Below are positions 30,958 through 40,512 of a DNA stretch of 64,000 nucleotides, piece after piece. How positions within the stretch are numbered: the first letter of the stretch is position 1; each line of letters begins with the position of its first letter. The DNA is taken from assembly GCA_963667465.2 (NCBI GenBank), contig CAXXDN010000001.1, positions 416,001 through 480,000 of the forward strand, written 5' to 3'. The position numbers and the translations under genes were made by a program. The notes below the pieces were generated by a model. The model was not told the origin of the DNA. It was given only the letters and a program-made list of their open reading frames with translations, and searched no databases. This DNA comes from Dehalococcoidia bacterium. GTDB taxonomy: Bacteria; Chloroflexota; Dehalococcoidia; UBA2979.

Positions 30958-32076
30958 ATGGCGGTCAGCGTCTACATCCCTCAACCATTCCGCAGGTTCA
31001 CGGCCAATCGCGAGTACGTCGAGGTGGACGGCGGCAACGTCGCCGGCGTGCTCGACGCGGTGAACGCGCGCTACCCGGGCTTCGACATGCTGGTCTACGA
31101 CCGCGAGCGCCGGGTGCCCGCGCACATCAACATCTACGTGAACAACCAGGAGATCCATGAGCTCGACGGCATCGCGACTTCCGTCGAGGACGGCGACCGG
31201 GTCGCGGTCATCCCCGCGCTCGCGGGCGGCGCGGCGCCGAGCACGGCGCTCACCCCGGACGAGGCGATGCGCTACTCGCGGCACATCATCATGCCGCAGG
31301 TCGGATCGATCGGGCAGCGTCAGCTGCGCAACGCAAAGGTGCTGATCGTGGGCGCGGGCGGCCTCGGCTCCCCCGTCGCGATCTACCTCGCGCTGGCCGG
31401 CGTCGGCACGGTCGGCCTCGTCGACTTCGACGTGGTCGATCTCTCCAACCTGCAGCGCCAGCTGCTGCACCAGACCGAGGACGTCGGGCGCACGAAGCTC
31501 GACTCGGCGGTGGACACGCTGCACGCCTACAACCCACACGTGCGGGTCGTGACGCACCCGGCGCCGCTGCACTCGGAGAACGCGATGGAGATCATCGGGG
31601 ACTACGAGATCATCGTGAACGGCGCGGACAACTTCGCGACGCGCTACCTCGTGAACGACGCCGCCTACCTGCTGGGCAAGACGCTGGTCGACGGCTCGAT
31701 CCTGCTCTTCGACGGGCAGGCCACGGTCTTCAAGCCCGGTGAGGGCTGCTACCGCTGCCTCTACCCCGCGCCGCCGCCGCCCGGCCTCGTGCCTTCGTGC
31801 GCCGAGGCGGGCGTGCTCGGCGCCATCACGGGCATCGTCGGCTCGATCCAGGCGACGGAGGTGTTCAAGCAGGTGCTCGACATCGGGCGGCCGCTCGTCG
31901 GGCGGCTGTTGCTCATCGACGCCTTGACCATGGAGTTCCGCGAGATGAAGCTGCGGCGCGACCCGGCTTGCCCGCTTTGCGGAGACGAGCCGACCGTAAC
32001 GGAGCTCATCGACTACGACGCGTTCTGCGGCTCTCCACCGCTCGAGGCCCCCTCGGCCAACGGCGGCGGGCACTAG
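30958..32076 (+). CDS. moeB: MoaD/ThiS-like domain fused to a MoeB/ThiF E1-like adenylyltransferase
   Basis: N-domain ends IPALAGG; then RYSRHI, GAGGLG, SNLQRQ, CYRC, CAEAGVLG, CPLC; no C-terminal rhodanese. Confidence 0.9.
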   Translation: MAVSVYIPQPFRRFTANREYVEVDGGNVAGVLDAVNARYPGFDMLVYDRERRVPAHINIYVNNQEIHELDGIATSVEDGDRVAVIPALAGGAAPSTALTPDEAMRYSRHIIMPQVGSIGQRQLRNAKVLIVGAGGLGSPVAIYLALAGVGTVGLVDFDVVDLSNLQRQLLHQTEDVGRTKLDSAVDTLHAYNPHVRVVTHPAPLHSENAMEIIGDYEIIVNGADNFATRYLVNDAAYLLGKTLVDGSILLFDGQATVFKPGEGCYRCLYPAPPPPGLVPSCAEAGVLGAITGIVGSIQATEVFKQVLDIGRPLVGRLLLIDALTMEFREMKLRRDPACPLCGDEPTVTELIDYDAFCGSPPLEAPSANGGGH

Positions 32077-32118
32077 AGCGCGCGGCGCGTCCGGCGACGA
32101 CAGGGGAGGGAGCTGGCC

Positions 32119-32394
32119 TTGGAGGTGCGCGTCAACGTGACCTCGGTCATCCAGAAGACCGTCGGCGGGCAGCGCGAGCTGACCGCCGAGGGCGGCACCG
32201 TCGCGGAGCTGATCGACGACATCGATCGGCGCTATCCGGGATTCCGCGACCAGCTCGTCGACGAGGGCGGGCAGTTGCACCGCTTCGTCAACGTCTACCT
32301 CAACGACGAGGATGTGCGCTTCCTGGAGGGCGCCGCGACGGCGCTGAGCGAGGGCGACGAGGTGTCGATCCTGCCCGCGCTGGCCGGCGGCTAG
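32119..32394 (+). CDS. CysO/MoaD-family sulfur carrier
   Basis: HRFVNVYLNDEDVRF, C-terminal PALAGG; directly upstream of CysM-type synthase. Confidence 0.92.
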   Translation: MEVRVNVTSVIQKTVGGQRELTAEGGTVAELIDDIDRRYPGFRDQLVDEGGQLHRFVNVYLNDEDVRFLEGAATALSEGDEVSILPALAGG

Positions 32395-32409
32395 CGGCGG
32401 GCTGTCGCC

Positions 32410-33378
32410 GTGAGTGAGGCGGCAGCGCGGCAGAGCGGGCGGACGCCTGCCGCAAGCGTGCTCGACCGCATCGGCGCTACGCCGCTGGTCGACATCTCCG
32501 TGATGTCGCCCAACCCCGACGTCCGCATCTACGCCAAGCTCGAAGGCGAGAACCCGACCGGCTCCGTCAAGGACCGGATTGCCTGGTGGATGGTCTCCGC
32601 CGCCGAGCGCGACGGCCGCCTCGAGCCGGGCGAGACGATCCTCGAGCCGACCTCCGGCAACACAGGGATCTCGCTCGCGATGATCGGCCGCCTGCGCGGC
32701 TACCCCGTGAAGGTCGTCATGCCGGACGCCGTCACGCGCGAGCGGGTCGAGCTGCTGGAGAGCTTCGGCGCGGAGATCCTCTACTCGCCGGGCGACCTCG
32801 GCACCAACGGCTCGGTGCGCGAGGCGGAGCGCATCCACGCCGAGCACCCCGAGTGGTTCATGCCCTTCCAGTACGAGAACGAGGACAACCCGCGCGCCCA
32901 CTACGACAGCACCGCCCCGGAGATCATCGAGGACCTCCCGGACACCGACGTGTTCGTCGCGGGGCTCGGCACGGGCGGGACGCTGACCGGCGTCGGGCGG
33001 CGGCTCAAGGAGCACAATCCGGCCGTACGCATCGTCGCCGCGGCGCCGCACCCGGGCGATCTCGTGCAGGGGCTGCGCAGTCTCGAGGAGGGCTACATCC
33101 CGCCCGTCCTCGACGAGTCCGTGCTCGACGGCCGGATCGTCGTCGACTCGGCGACCTCGTTCCGGCTGACGCGCGAGCTGACGGAGCGCACGGGCATCTT
33201 CGCCGGCGTCTCCAGCGGTGCGGCGGTGCGCGCCGCGCAGCGCGCGGCGGAGCGGATGCGCAGCGGCAACGTGGTCTGCCTGCTCGCCGACAGCGGCTGG
33301 AAATACCTGTCCTCGGGCCTCTGGACGCAGGACTACGACGACATCGAGGAGGACGTAAACACGACGCTCTGGTGGTGA
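32410..33378 (+). CDS. cysM: CysM-type cysteine synthase (sulfur-carrier-dependent, probable)
   Basis: NPTGSVKDR, EPTSGNTG, GLGTGGT, DSGWKYLS and C-terminal LWW extension resembling mycobacterial CysM. Confidence 0.8.
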   Translation: MSEAAARQSGRTPAASVLDRIGATPLVDISVMSPNPDVRIYAKLEGENPTGSVKDRIAWWMVSAAERDGRLEPGETILEPTSGNTGISLAMIGRLRGYPVKVVMPDAVTRERVELLESFGAEILYSPGDLGTNGSVREAERIHAEHPEWFMPFQYENEDNPRAHYDSTAPEIIEDLPDTDVFVAGLGTGGTLTGVGRRLKEHNPAVRIVAAAPHPGDLVQGLRSLEEGYIPPVLDESVLDGRIVVDSATSFRLTRELTERTGIFAGVSSGAAVRAAQRAAERMRSGNVVCLLADSGWKYLSSGLWTQDYDDIEEDVNTTLWW

Positions 33379-33437
33379 ATCGGGGCGACGACGAGCGGCG
33401 GGCTGGGCCGAACGCTCCGCCGGAAAGGGGGAACAGG

Positions 33438-34262
33438 ATGGCTGACAAGCTTGTAACGGCGGACTGGGTCGCCGAACACGGCGGCGATTCGAACGTGCGC
33501 CTCGTCGAAGTGGACGTCGACACCGGCGCCTACGACGAGGGCCACATCGCGGGCGCCGTCGGCTGGAACTGGGCGACGCAGCTGCAGGACCAGGTGCGCC
33601 GCGACGTGATCGCGAAGGACGACCTCGAGGAGCTGCTCGGCTCGTCCGGGATCAGCAACGACACGCACGTGGTGCTCTACGGCGACAACAACAACTGGTT
33701 CGCGGCCTACGCGCTGTGGCTGCTCGAGCTCTACGGCCACGAGCAGGTCTCACTGATGGACGGCGGCCGCGTGAAGTGGATCGCCGACGGGCGCGAGACC
33801 ACGACGGACGAGCCCTCGGTAGGCCGCGCCAGCTACTCGGCGGCGGAGCAGGATCCGAACCTGCGCGCCCAGCGCGACGAGGTGCTCGCGGCGGTCGCGG
33901 CGCAGGCGCCGCAGCTGGTGGACGTGCGCAGCCCCGCCGAGTTCGCCGGCGAGATCATCGCGCCGCCCGGTCTACCGGAGACGGCGCAGCGCGGCGGGCA
34001 CATCCCGGGCGCGATCAACGTGCCCTGGGCGCGCGCCGTCAACGAGGACGGCACCTTCCGCAGCGCCGACGCTCTCCGCGAGATCTACGGCGGCGCGGGC
34101 GTCAGCGCGGGCGATCCGGCGATCGCCTACTGCCGCATCGGCGAGCGCTCCTCGCATACCTGGTTCGTGCTCAAGTACCTGCTCGGCCACGAGGACGTGA
34201 AGAACTACGATGGCTCCTGGACCGAGTACGGCTCGCTCATCGGCGTGCCGATCGAGACCTAG
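33438..34262 (+). CDS. tandem-domain rhodanese / thiosulfate sulfurtransferase
   Basis: GHIAGA, GHIPGA, active loop YCRIGERS, YDGSWTEYG. Confidence 0.93.
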   Translation: MADKLVTADWVAEHGGDSNVRLVEVDVDTGAYDEGHIAGAVGWNWATQLQDQVRRDVIAKDDLEELLGSSGISNDTHVVLYGDNNNWFAAYALWLLELYGHEQVSLMDGGRVKWIADGRETTTDEPSVGRASYSAAEQDPNLRAQRDEVLAAVAAQAPQLVDVRSPAEFAGEIIAPPGLPETAQRGGHIPGAINVPWARAVNEDGTFRSADALREIYGGAGVSAGDPAIAYCRIGERSSHTWFVLKYLLGHEDVKNYDGSWTEYGSLIGVPIET

Positions 34263-34287
34263 CCCGGGACCGGTGGCGGCGGGCGCG

Positions 34288-34671
34288 ATGACCGAGCGGG
34301 ACCACGGGGCGCGGGGGTCGCAGCGCGCGATTGTCGAGCGGGCGGTCGCTCGCGGCGAGTACGGGCTGCTGACGCTGCGCTTCCGCGCCTCGGTGCTCGA
34401 CCGCTATCGCGAGCGGGCGGACGCGAAGCTGATCCGCACGCGCACGGTCGGCCGCATCGCAATCGTGCGCGGCTGGTCGATCGACGCGGGCATTGCGCCG
34501 AATGAAGAGGAGATCGAGGTGTTCGCAGCGGACTTCGCCGAGCGTCTGCCGGAGGCGGAGCGCGCGCACTGGCTCGACCACCTCGCGGTGCAGCCGTCGA
34601 GCGACAACTTCGCGTTGATGCGCCTCAGCGGGAACGCCTGCATCGACGACGGCGAGCCGGAGGCCTGGTAG
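34288..34671 (+). CDS. hypothetical protein within the sulfur operon
   Basis: 127 aa, host codon usage, 2 nt before the JAMM gene; ends NACIDDGEPEAW. Confidence 0.7.
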   Translation: MTERDHGARGSQRAIVERAVARGEYGLLTLRFRASVLDRYRERADAKLIRTRTVGRIAIVRGWSIDAGIAPNEEEIEVFAADFAERLPEAERAHWLDHLAVQPSSDNFALMRLSGNACIDDGEPEAW

Positions 34672-34673
34672 CG

Positions 34674-35105
34674 ATGCCGCAAATCCCTCGAGCCATCGCC
34701 GACGCGATCATCGCTCACGCTCGCGAGGATCTGCCGAACGAGGCGTGCGGCCTCGTGCACGCGAAGGACGGCGAGCCGGTCTCCGTGCACCGCGTGACCA
34801 ACGTGGCCGCCAGCCCCTACCGTTTCGAGATGCACGGCATGGAGCAGATGCGGCTGGAGCAGCAGCGCGACGAGCGAGGCGAGACGCTGTTCGCGATCTA
34901 CCACTCGCACGTCGCCTCGCTGGCCTACCCCTCGCAGACCGACGTGCGGATGGCGTTCTTCCCGCCCGGCGAGACGGACCGCGAGCCGGCCTACCCGGGG
35001 ACCATCTACCTGCTCGTCTCGCTCGCCGAGGAGCCTCCTCCGCTGCACACCTACTACATCCACAAAGGCGGCGTGATCGAGGAGATCCCCGCCAGGATCA
35101 CCTGA
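34674..35105 (+). CDS. JAMM/M67 metallopeptidase (Mec-like carrier peptidase)
   Basis: PNEACG and YHSHVASLAYPSQTD JAMM motif. Confidence 0.92.
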   Translation: MPQIPRAIADAIIAHAREDLPNEACGLVHAKDGEPVSVHRVTNVAASPYRFEMHGMEQMRLEQQRDERGETLFAIYHSHVASLAYPSQTDVRMAFFPPGETDREPAYPGTIYLLVSLAEEPPPLHTYYIHKGGVIEEIPARIT

Positions 35106-35124
35106 TCGCGACGGGGTGCCCTCG

Positions 35125-35997
35125 ATGCCGTCCGAGCCGCCTGCCCAGCCGCCCCCGCCGATCACGATCGGCGGCCGCTGCTTCGAGTGGGGCCGCCGCA
35201 GCTACGTGATGGGCATCGTCAACGTCACACCTGACTCCTTCTCCGGCGACGGCGTCCTCGATCCCGCCGCGGCCGCCGACCAGGCCGCGCGCATGGTCGA
35301 GGACGGCGCGGACCTGATCGACGTCGGCGCGGAGTCCACGCGACCCGACCACGAACCCCTCGACGCGACCGGCGAGTGGACGCGCCTCGCGCCCGTGCTG
35401 CGGGCCGTACGCGCTGCCGTCGACGCGCCGATCAGCGTCGACACGGCGAAGGCGTACGTCGCCGAGCGCGCCTTCGACGCGGGCGCCGACGCCCTCAACG
35501 ACGTGCACGGCCTGCACGCCGAGTCCGCGCTCGCGCGGCTGCTGGCGGCGCGCGGGCTACCCGCCGTGCTGATGCACAACCAGCGCGGCCGCTCCTCCTC
35601 GGGCGACGTGATCGCCGACGTGCGCGCGGGCCTCGAGGAATCGCTCGCCATCGCCGAGTCGGCTGGCGTGCGGCGCGAGTTGCTGATCCTCGACCCCGGC
35701 TTCGGGTTTGGTATCGGCCCGCAGCAGAGCCTGGAGCTCGTGCGGCGGCTCGGCGAGCTGCGCTGCTTCGGACGGCCGCTGCTGCTCGGTAGCTCGCGCA
35801 AGTCGGCGATCGGCTGGGCGCTCGGGCGCGAGCAGGAGCCGCCGTCCGCGCGTGTGGCAGGGAGCGCCGCCACGGTCGCGCTCGCCATCGCCGCCGGGGC
35901 CGACGTCGTGCGCGTCCACGACGTGCGCGAGCTGGCCGATGTTGCGCTCGTGACCGATGCGGTCCTGCACGGGCGACGCCGCGAGGAGTCCGCATGA
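35125..35997 (+). CDS. folP: dihydropteroate synthase
   Basis: [35 protein letters not shown]. Confidence 0.95.
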   Translation: MPSEPPAQPPPPITIGGRCFEWGRRSYVMGIVNVTPDSFSGDGVLDPAAAADQAARMVEDGADLIDVGAESTRPDHEPLDATGEWTRLAPVLRAVRAAVDAPISVDTAKAYVAERAFDAGADALNDVHGLHAESALARLLAARGLPAVLMHNQRGRSSSGDVIADVRAGLEESLAIAESAGVRRELLILDPGFGFGIGPQQSLELVRRLGELRCFGRPLLLGSSRKSAIGWALGREQEPPSARVAGSAATVALAIAAGADVVRVHDVRELADVALVTDAVLHGRRREESA

Positions 35998-36527
35998 CCG
36001 CCGGGGGCGCCGAGCTGCGCGTCTACCTCGGCATCGGCGGCAACCTCGGCGACCGCGTCGCCGCGCTGCGCACGGGCCTCGAGCGGCTCGCCGGGGCGGG
36101 CGTGACCATCGAGGCGGTCTCGTCGCTGTGGGAGACCGAGCCGTGGGGAGGACCGGCCTGCGCGGAGCCCGCGCCGGCCTACGCCAACGCCGCCGCCTGT
36201 GTGCGCAGCACGCTCGAACCCCTCGAGCTGCTGCGGCTCTGCAAGCGCATCGAGGTGGCGGCGGGGCGCGATCTGGACGCGCCGCGCAACAGCCCGCGCC
36301 CGCTCGACCTCGACCTGCTGCTCGCCGACGATCTGCGCTTCGAAAGCGAGGAGCTGCGGATCCCGCATCCGCGGATGCACCAGCGCGGCTTCGTGCTCGT
36401 CCCGCTCGCGGAGATCGCGCCGGACGTCATGCACCCCGTGCTCGGCCGCTCGATCGCAGAACTGCGCAATGCCGTGGGCCTCGATGGCGTCGAGCCGCTC
36501 GTGCCCCCGGGCTGGGAGTCGAGCTAG
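35994..36527 (+). CDS. folK: 6-hydroxymethyl-7,8-dihydropterin pyrophosphokinase
   Basis: [35 protein letters not shown]. Confidence 0.94.
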   Translation: MTAGGAELRVYLGIGGNLGDRVAALRTGLERLAGAGVTIEAVSSLWETEPWGGPACAEPAPAYANAAACVRSTLEPLELLRLCKRIEVAAGRDLDAPRNSPRPLDLDLLLADDLRFESEELRIPHPRMHQRGFVLVPLAEIAPDVMHPVLGRSIAELRNAVGLDGVEPLVPPGWESS

Positions 36528-37264
36528 CGCTCCAGCAGCCGCTTGCGCAGCCGCCCGATCAGCGCCTCGTCGCCGCCGCCGAGGGCGAGCAGCGCCTCGG
36601 TCGAACCGAATCGCTCGTCGATGCCGCGTAGCAGCGAGGCCATCGTCTCGGGCGCCGCGTCGAGCATGGCTCGCGTGAGTTTGGCGCCGTACTGCTCGCC
36701 TCTCGCCGCGAGCTGCTCGTCGCTGAGGTCGCGCCACGCCGTCAGGTACTCGCGGGTGAGGGCATAGTCCTCGACGATCGTCTCGTCCGGGACGCCGAGC
36801 GTGCGCAGCAGCAGCGCCGACGTGACGCCCGTGCGGTCCTTGCCACCCTCGCAATTGAAGGCGACGGCCTCGCCAGCCGCGGCCTCCGTGATCGCGGTGA
36901 AGACCTCGCGAACCGTCGGCAGGGACTCCTCGATGCTCTGGAGGTAGTCGAGGTGCTCGCGGGATGGAGCTACGAGGTTCCCGCGGTAGGGCACATGGCG
37001 GTGCTCGACGCCGTGCTCGTGGAGCGCGGAGATTCCGGTGCGCTCGAGTTCGGCGGCGGACCGCAGGTCGAGCACGAGCGCGAGGTCGAGGTCGAGCAGG
37101 CGCCGCACGTCCTGCGGTGTCGCCTCGCTGAGCGTGCTCGAGCGGTACACGGTGCGCCAGCGCACGCGTGCGCCCTCGGACGTCTCGTAGCCGCCGAGGT
37201 CGCGGAAGTTCCGCACGCGCTCGAGTGGGAGGCGACGCTCGCGGGGCGTGGGCGGCTGGGTCAC
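36524..37264 (-). CDS. tyrosine/lipid phosphatase (Y_phosphatase3 type)
   Basis: [24 protein letters not shown]5R loop, DYALT. Confidence 0.85.
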   Translation of the reverse strand: MTQPPTPRERRLPLERVRNFRDLGGYETSEGARVRWRTVYRSSTLSEATPQDVRRLLDLDLALVLDLRSAAELERTGISALHEHGVEHRHVPYRGNLVAPSREHLDYLQSIEESLPTVREVFTAITEAAAGEAVAFNCEGGKDRTGVTSALLLRTLGVPDETIVEDYALTREYLTAWRDLSDEQLAARGEQYGAKLTRAMLDAAPETMASLLRGIDERFGSTEALLALGGGDEALIGRLRKRLLER

Positions 37265-37479
37265 GAGGTGGGTCCGGCCTCGTCGTCCCACTCGGCGTAG
37301 GCCATGGTGTAGCCGACCCAGAAGGCGAGGGCGGAGAGCACGGCGACACCGGCGCCGACGGGCAGCGCCAGCGCGGCGTAGGAGCGCCTCGAGGCCGCAC
37401 CGAGGAAGACGAACAGTTGCAGGATCGCGCCCGCCATGAGCAACAGGCCGAGCCGTCGCGAGCGCCCGGCGTCGTTCAT
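37261..37479 (-). CDS. small two-TM hypothetical protein
   Basis: 72 aa, hydrophobic, overlaps both neighbours. Confidence 0.7.
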   Translation of the reverse strand: MNDAGRSRRLGLLLMAGAILQLFVFLGAASRRSYAALALPVGAGVAVLSALAFWVGYTMAYAEWDDEAGPTS

Positions 37480-37694
37480 GCGTCACCGCCCCCGGCTGCC
37501 TCGGCCAGCTCAGGCGGCAGCAGGTTGGGGATGCCGTCCTCGATCCGGTAGCGGTGGTCGCAGGCTGCGCAGCGCAGCTCGCCGCGCACGATCTCCTCGC
37601 GGCCCTGCGCGTCCGTTCCGGCCTGCTCGACGGTCAGGGTCAACTCACCCTTGCAGACGGGGCAGACGAGGATCTCCAGCAGCTCGTGGCGCAT
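37476..37694 (-). CDS. Trm112-family protein
   Basis: LLEILVCPVCKG...CAAC...YRIEDGIPNLL. Confidence 0.9.
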   Translation of the reverse strand: MRHELLEILVCPVCKGELTLTVEQAGTDAQGREEIVRGELRCAACDHRYRIEDGIPNLLPPELAEAAGGGDA

Positions 37695-37827
37695 CGAGCC
37701 TCCCTGCGCGCCCTCGGCGCGGCGGCGCCCAATGATAGGCGTTGCGAACCGGGGGCGCTCGCTGGTGGCCGCCGTGCGGCCTGACTACACTCGAACATCC
37801 GAGGGCGAGACGGACGGGGCTGGCGCG

Positions 37828-38511
37828 ATGGCAGAGCGGATCCCGCTACAGCGCGCCGTCGCCGTGATCGGCGACGAGAGTGTCGCGATCCGGCGCTCGC
37901 GCGCCCAGCTCGTCGCGCCGCTGATCCAGCTCGCGCTGGCCGGCGGGGCCGTCGCGCTGATCGTCGCCTTCCTCGATGCCCTGCCGATCGCGCTGCTCAT
38001 GGTGCTGCTTGTCGTCGCGCTGCTGATGGGGCCGATTGCCACGCTCGGGCTGGTCTACAACGTGATCGGCCGCTCCGTGCTGCTGGAGCAGCGGAAGCAG
38101 TCCGTACGCTGGCAGCAGGGCCTCCTCGGACTCGGCATCGGCACCGACGAGCTCGTGCCGTTCTGGCGCATCGACCACATCGCCGTCGAGGGCGACTACG
38201 ACGCCGAGCTGGCCGGAGGCCAGCGGCAGGACCTCGTGACCTGGGAGGTCGAGCTGGTGAAGGACAACGGCAAGCGGCTCACGATCGGTACGGTCGTGGC
38301 CGCTCGCCCGCTCGCGGACGAGGGCCTGGCGCGCGCCAATCGCCTCGCCGAGGCGATCGCGGAGCAGAGCGACTCGGAGGCGCGCCTCGCCGCGCTGCCG
38401 GACGAGCCGGACGACTCGCCCGAGGAGGCCGCCGCGCCGGGAGCCTCGAAGCCGCGCCGCCGCCGGCGCATGGTGCGCGCGGGATCAAGCCCGCCGGAGG
38501 CCGGACCGTGA
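37828..38511 (+). CDS. hypothetical membrane protein
   Basis: two N-terminal TM helices plus soluble domain. Confidence 0.7.
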   Translation: MAERIPLQRAVAVIGDESVAIRRSRAQLVAPLIQLALAGGAVALIVAFLDALPIALLMVLLVVALLMGPIATLGLVYNVIGRSVLLEQRKQSVRWQQGLLGLGIGTDELVPFWRIDHIAVEGDYDAELAGGQRQDLVTWEVELVKDNGKRLTIGTVVAARPLADEGLARANRLAEAIAEQSDSEARLAALPDEPDDSPEEAAAPGASKPRRRRRMVRAGSSPPEAGP

Positions 38512-38960
38512 CGGCCAGGGAAGGGCTGCCGGGCCGCGAGCCACTGGAGCGGCAGCTCCTGCGCGAGGCGAGCACGATTGCCGTCGTCGCGCGCTCGCCG
38601 CGCACCACCCGCCCCTGGCACGACGTCGCCGGCTACCTGATCGAGGCGGGGTATCGCGTCTACCTCGTGAACCCGCTGCTCGACGAGGCGCATGGGCGGC
38701 GCTGCTACGACCGCGTGAGCGAGCTGCCGGAGCGCGTCGACATCGTCGATGTGTTCCGGCGCATCCCGCAGGTCCCGGACGTCGTTGACGACGCGATCGA
38801 GGCGGGCGCCGGCGCGATCTGGCTGCAATTCGAGATCGTGCACGAGGAGGCGGCGGCTCGCGCGCGGGCTGCGGGGTTGCCGGTGGTGATGGATCGCTGC
38901 ACGAAGGTCGATCACCTGCGGATGCATGCGGACGCAGCAGGGGGTGGTGCGCTACACTGA
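38508..38960 (+). CDS. CoA-binding protein
   Basis: TIAVV, VNP, VDIVDVFR, WLQ, VVMDRC. Confidence 0.88.
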   Translation: MTAREGLPGREPLERQLLREASTIAVVARSPRTTRPWHDVAGYLIEAGYRVYLVNPLLDEAHGRRCYDRVSELPERVDIVDVFRRIPQVPDVVDDAIEAGAGAIWLQFEIVHEEAAARARAAGLPVVMDRCTKVDHLRMHADAAGGGALH

Positions 38961-38997
38961 CGATCTTCCCCGCCAGGTATCGCGGAGAGGGGCGCGC

Positions 38998-40445
38998 TTG
39001 ATTCCGAGCCTGCGCGAATCCTGCGGCGTGATGGGCATCTTCGCCCCCGGCGAGGACGTGGCTCGTCTCACCTTCTTCGGCCTCCACTCCCTGCAGCACC
39101 GCGGGCAGGAGTCGGCCGGCATCGCCACCGCCAACGGCGACCCGGGGGTGCAACGCTTCGCCGAGATGGGCCTGGTCACCCAGATCTTCCACGAGGACGT
39201 GCTGTCCGGCCTCCAGGGCACCCACGCGATCGGCCACACGCGCTACTCGACCACCGGATCGAGCACCCACGTCAACATGCAGCCGCTCATCGTCTCCGGC
39301 CCGCAGGGCGAGCTCGCGCTCGCCCACAACGGCAACGTCGTCAACGCGGATCTGCTGCGCAGCGACCTCCTCGATGCCGGGATCGAGTTCCAGAGCGCGA
39401 CGGACTCGGAGGTGCTGGCGCAGCTGCTTGTCACGGCCCCCGGCGGCACCTGGGAGCAGCGCTTCAACTACGTGATGCGACGCGCCTCCGGGGCCTACTC
39501 GCTGACGCTGCTGACGCCGGACGCACTGTTCGGCGTGCGCGACCCGCTCGGCATTCGCCCGCTCTGCCTCGGGCGCCTCGGCGATGGCTGGGTGCTCGCC
39601 TCGGAGACCTGCGCGCTCGACACGCTGGGCGCGGAGTTCGAGCGCGAGATCGAGCCCGGCGAGGTCGTGCGCATCGACGAGGCCGGCGTGCAGTCATGGA
39701 TCTTCGAGGGCGAGCGCCCCGAGGGCCCCTCGCTCTGCCTCCTGGAGCACATCTACTTCGCTCGCCCCGACTCGATGCTGCAGGGCGAGCGGCTCTACGC
39801 GGTGCGGATGCGGATGGGCGCGCAGCTCGCGCGCGAGCACCCCGCGCCCGGCGACGTCGTGATCGGCATCCCGGACTCGGCGACCGCCGCGGCGGTCGGC
39901 TACGCGCAGGAATCCGCACCCCCTACGTCGAGGGCCTCGTCAAGAATCGCTACGTCGGGCGCACGTTCATCCAGCCCGACCAGCGGCTGCGCGATCGCGG
40001 AGTGGAGCTGAAGTTCAATCCGCTGCCGGAGCTGCTCGCCGGCCGGCGCGTCGTCGTCGTCGACGACACGATCGTGCGCGGCACGACCACGCCGCGTGTT
40101 GTGGCGATGCTGCGCAAGGCCGGGGCCAGGGAGGTGCACATGCGCATCACCTCGCCGCCGATCACCCACCCCTGCTTCTACGGCGTCGACATGGCGACAC
40201 GGGGCGAGCTGATCGCCTCGCAGATCGAGGTCGAGGAGATCCGCGAGCACATCGGCGCGGACTCGCTCGGCTACCTCTCGCTCGAAGGCACTGTCGGTGC
40301 GACCGGCCAGCCGCGGGGTGCGCTCTGCGCCGCGTGCTTCAGCGGCGAGTACCCGAGCGAGGTGCCGCTGCAGCTCGACAAGTTCGCTCTCGAAAGCGGC
40401 GGCTCGACCGATCGGCACGCGGTGCCGCTGCGCGCCGTCCACTGA
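38998..40445 (+). pseudogene. purF: amidophosphoribosyltransferase with 1-nt frameshift near 39916 (real lesion or sequencing error)
   Basis: [24 protein letters not shown] in one frame; [28 protein letters not shown] in another. Confidence 0.85.
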
Positions 40446-40512
40446 GCTCCATTGAGGATGGAAGACGGCGCATGATCCGGCCCGGCCCAACGCCTCCCCC
40501 GGAGTCCGCGCG

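Noticed and set aside
30958-35105. Ubl + E1 + JAMM as an antiphage conjugation system (CBASS- or Bil-like)
   Set aside because: No E2, cyclase or effector; the context of cysK, cysM, rhodanese and Rrf2 indicates sulfur transfer
39905-39930. Programmed frameshift in purF
   Set aside because: No canonical slippery heptamer or stimulatory structure evident; a single missing base explains it
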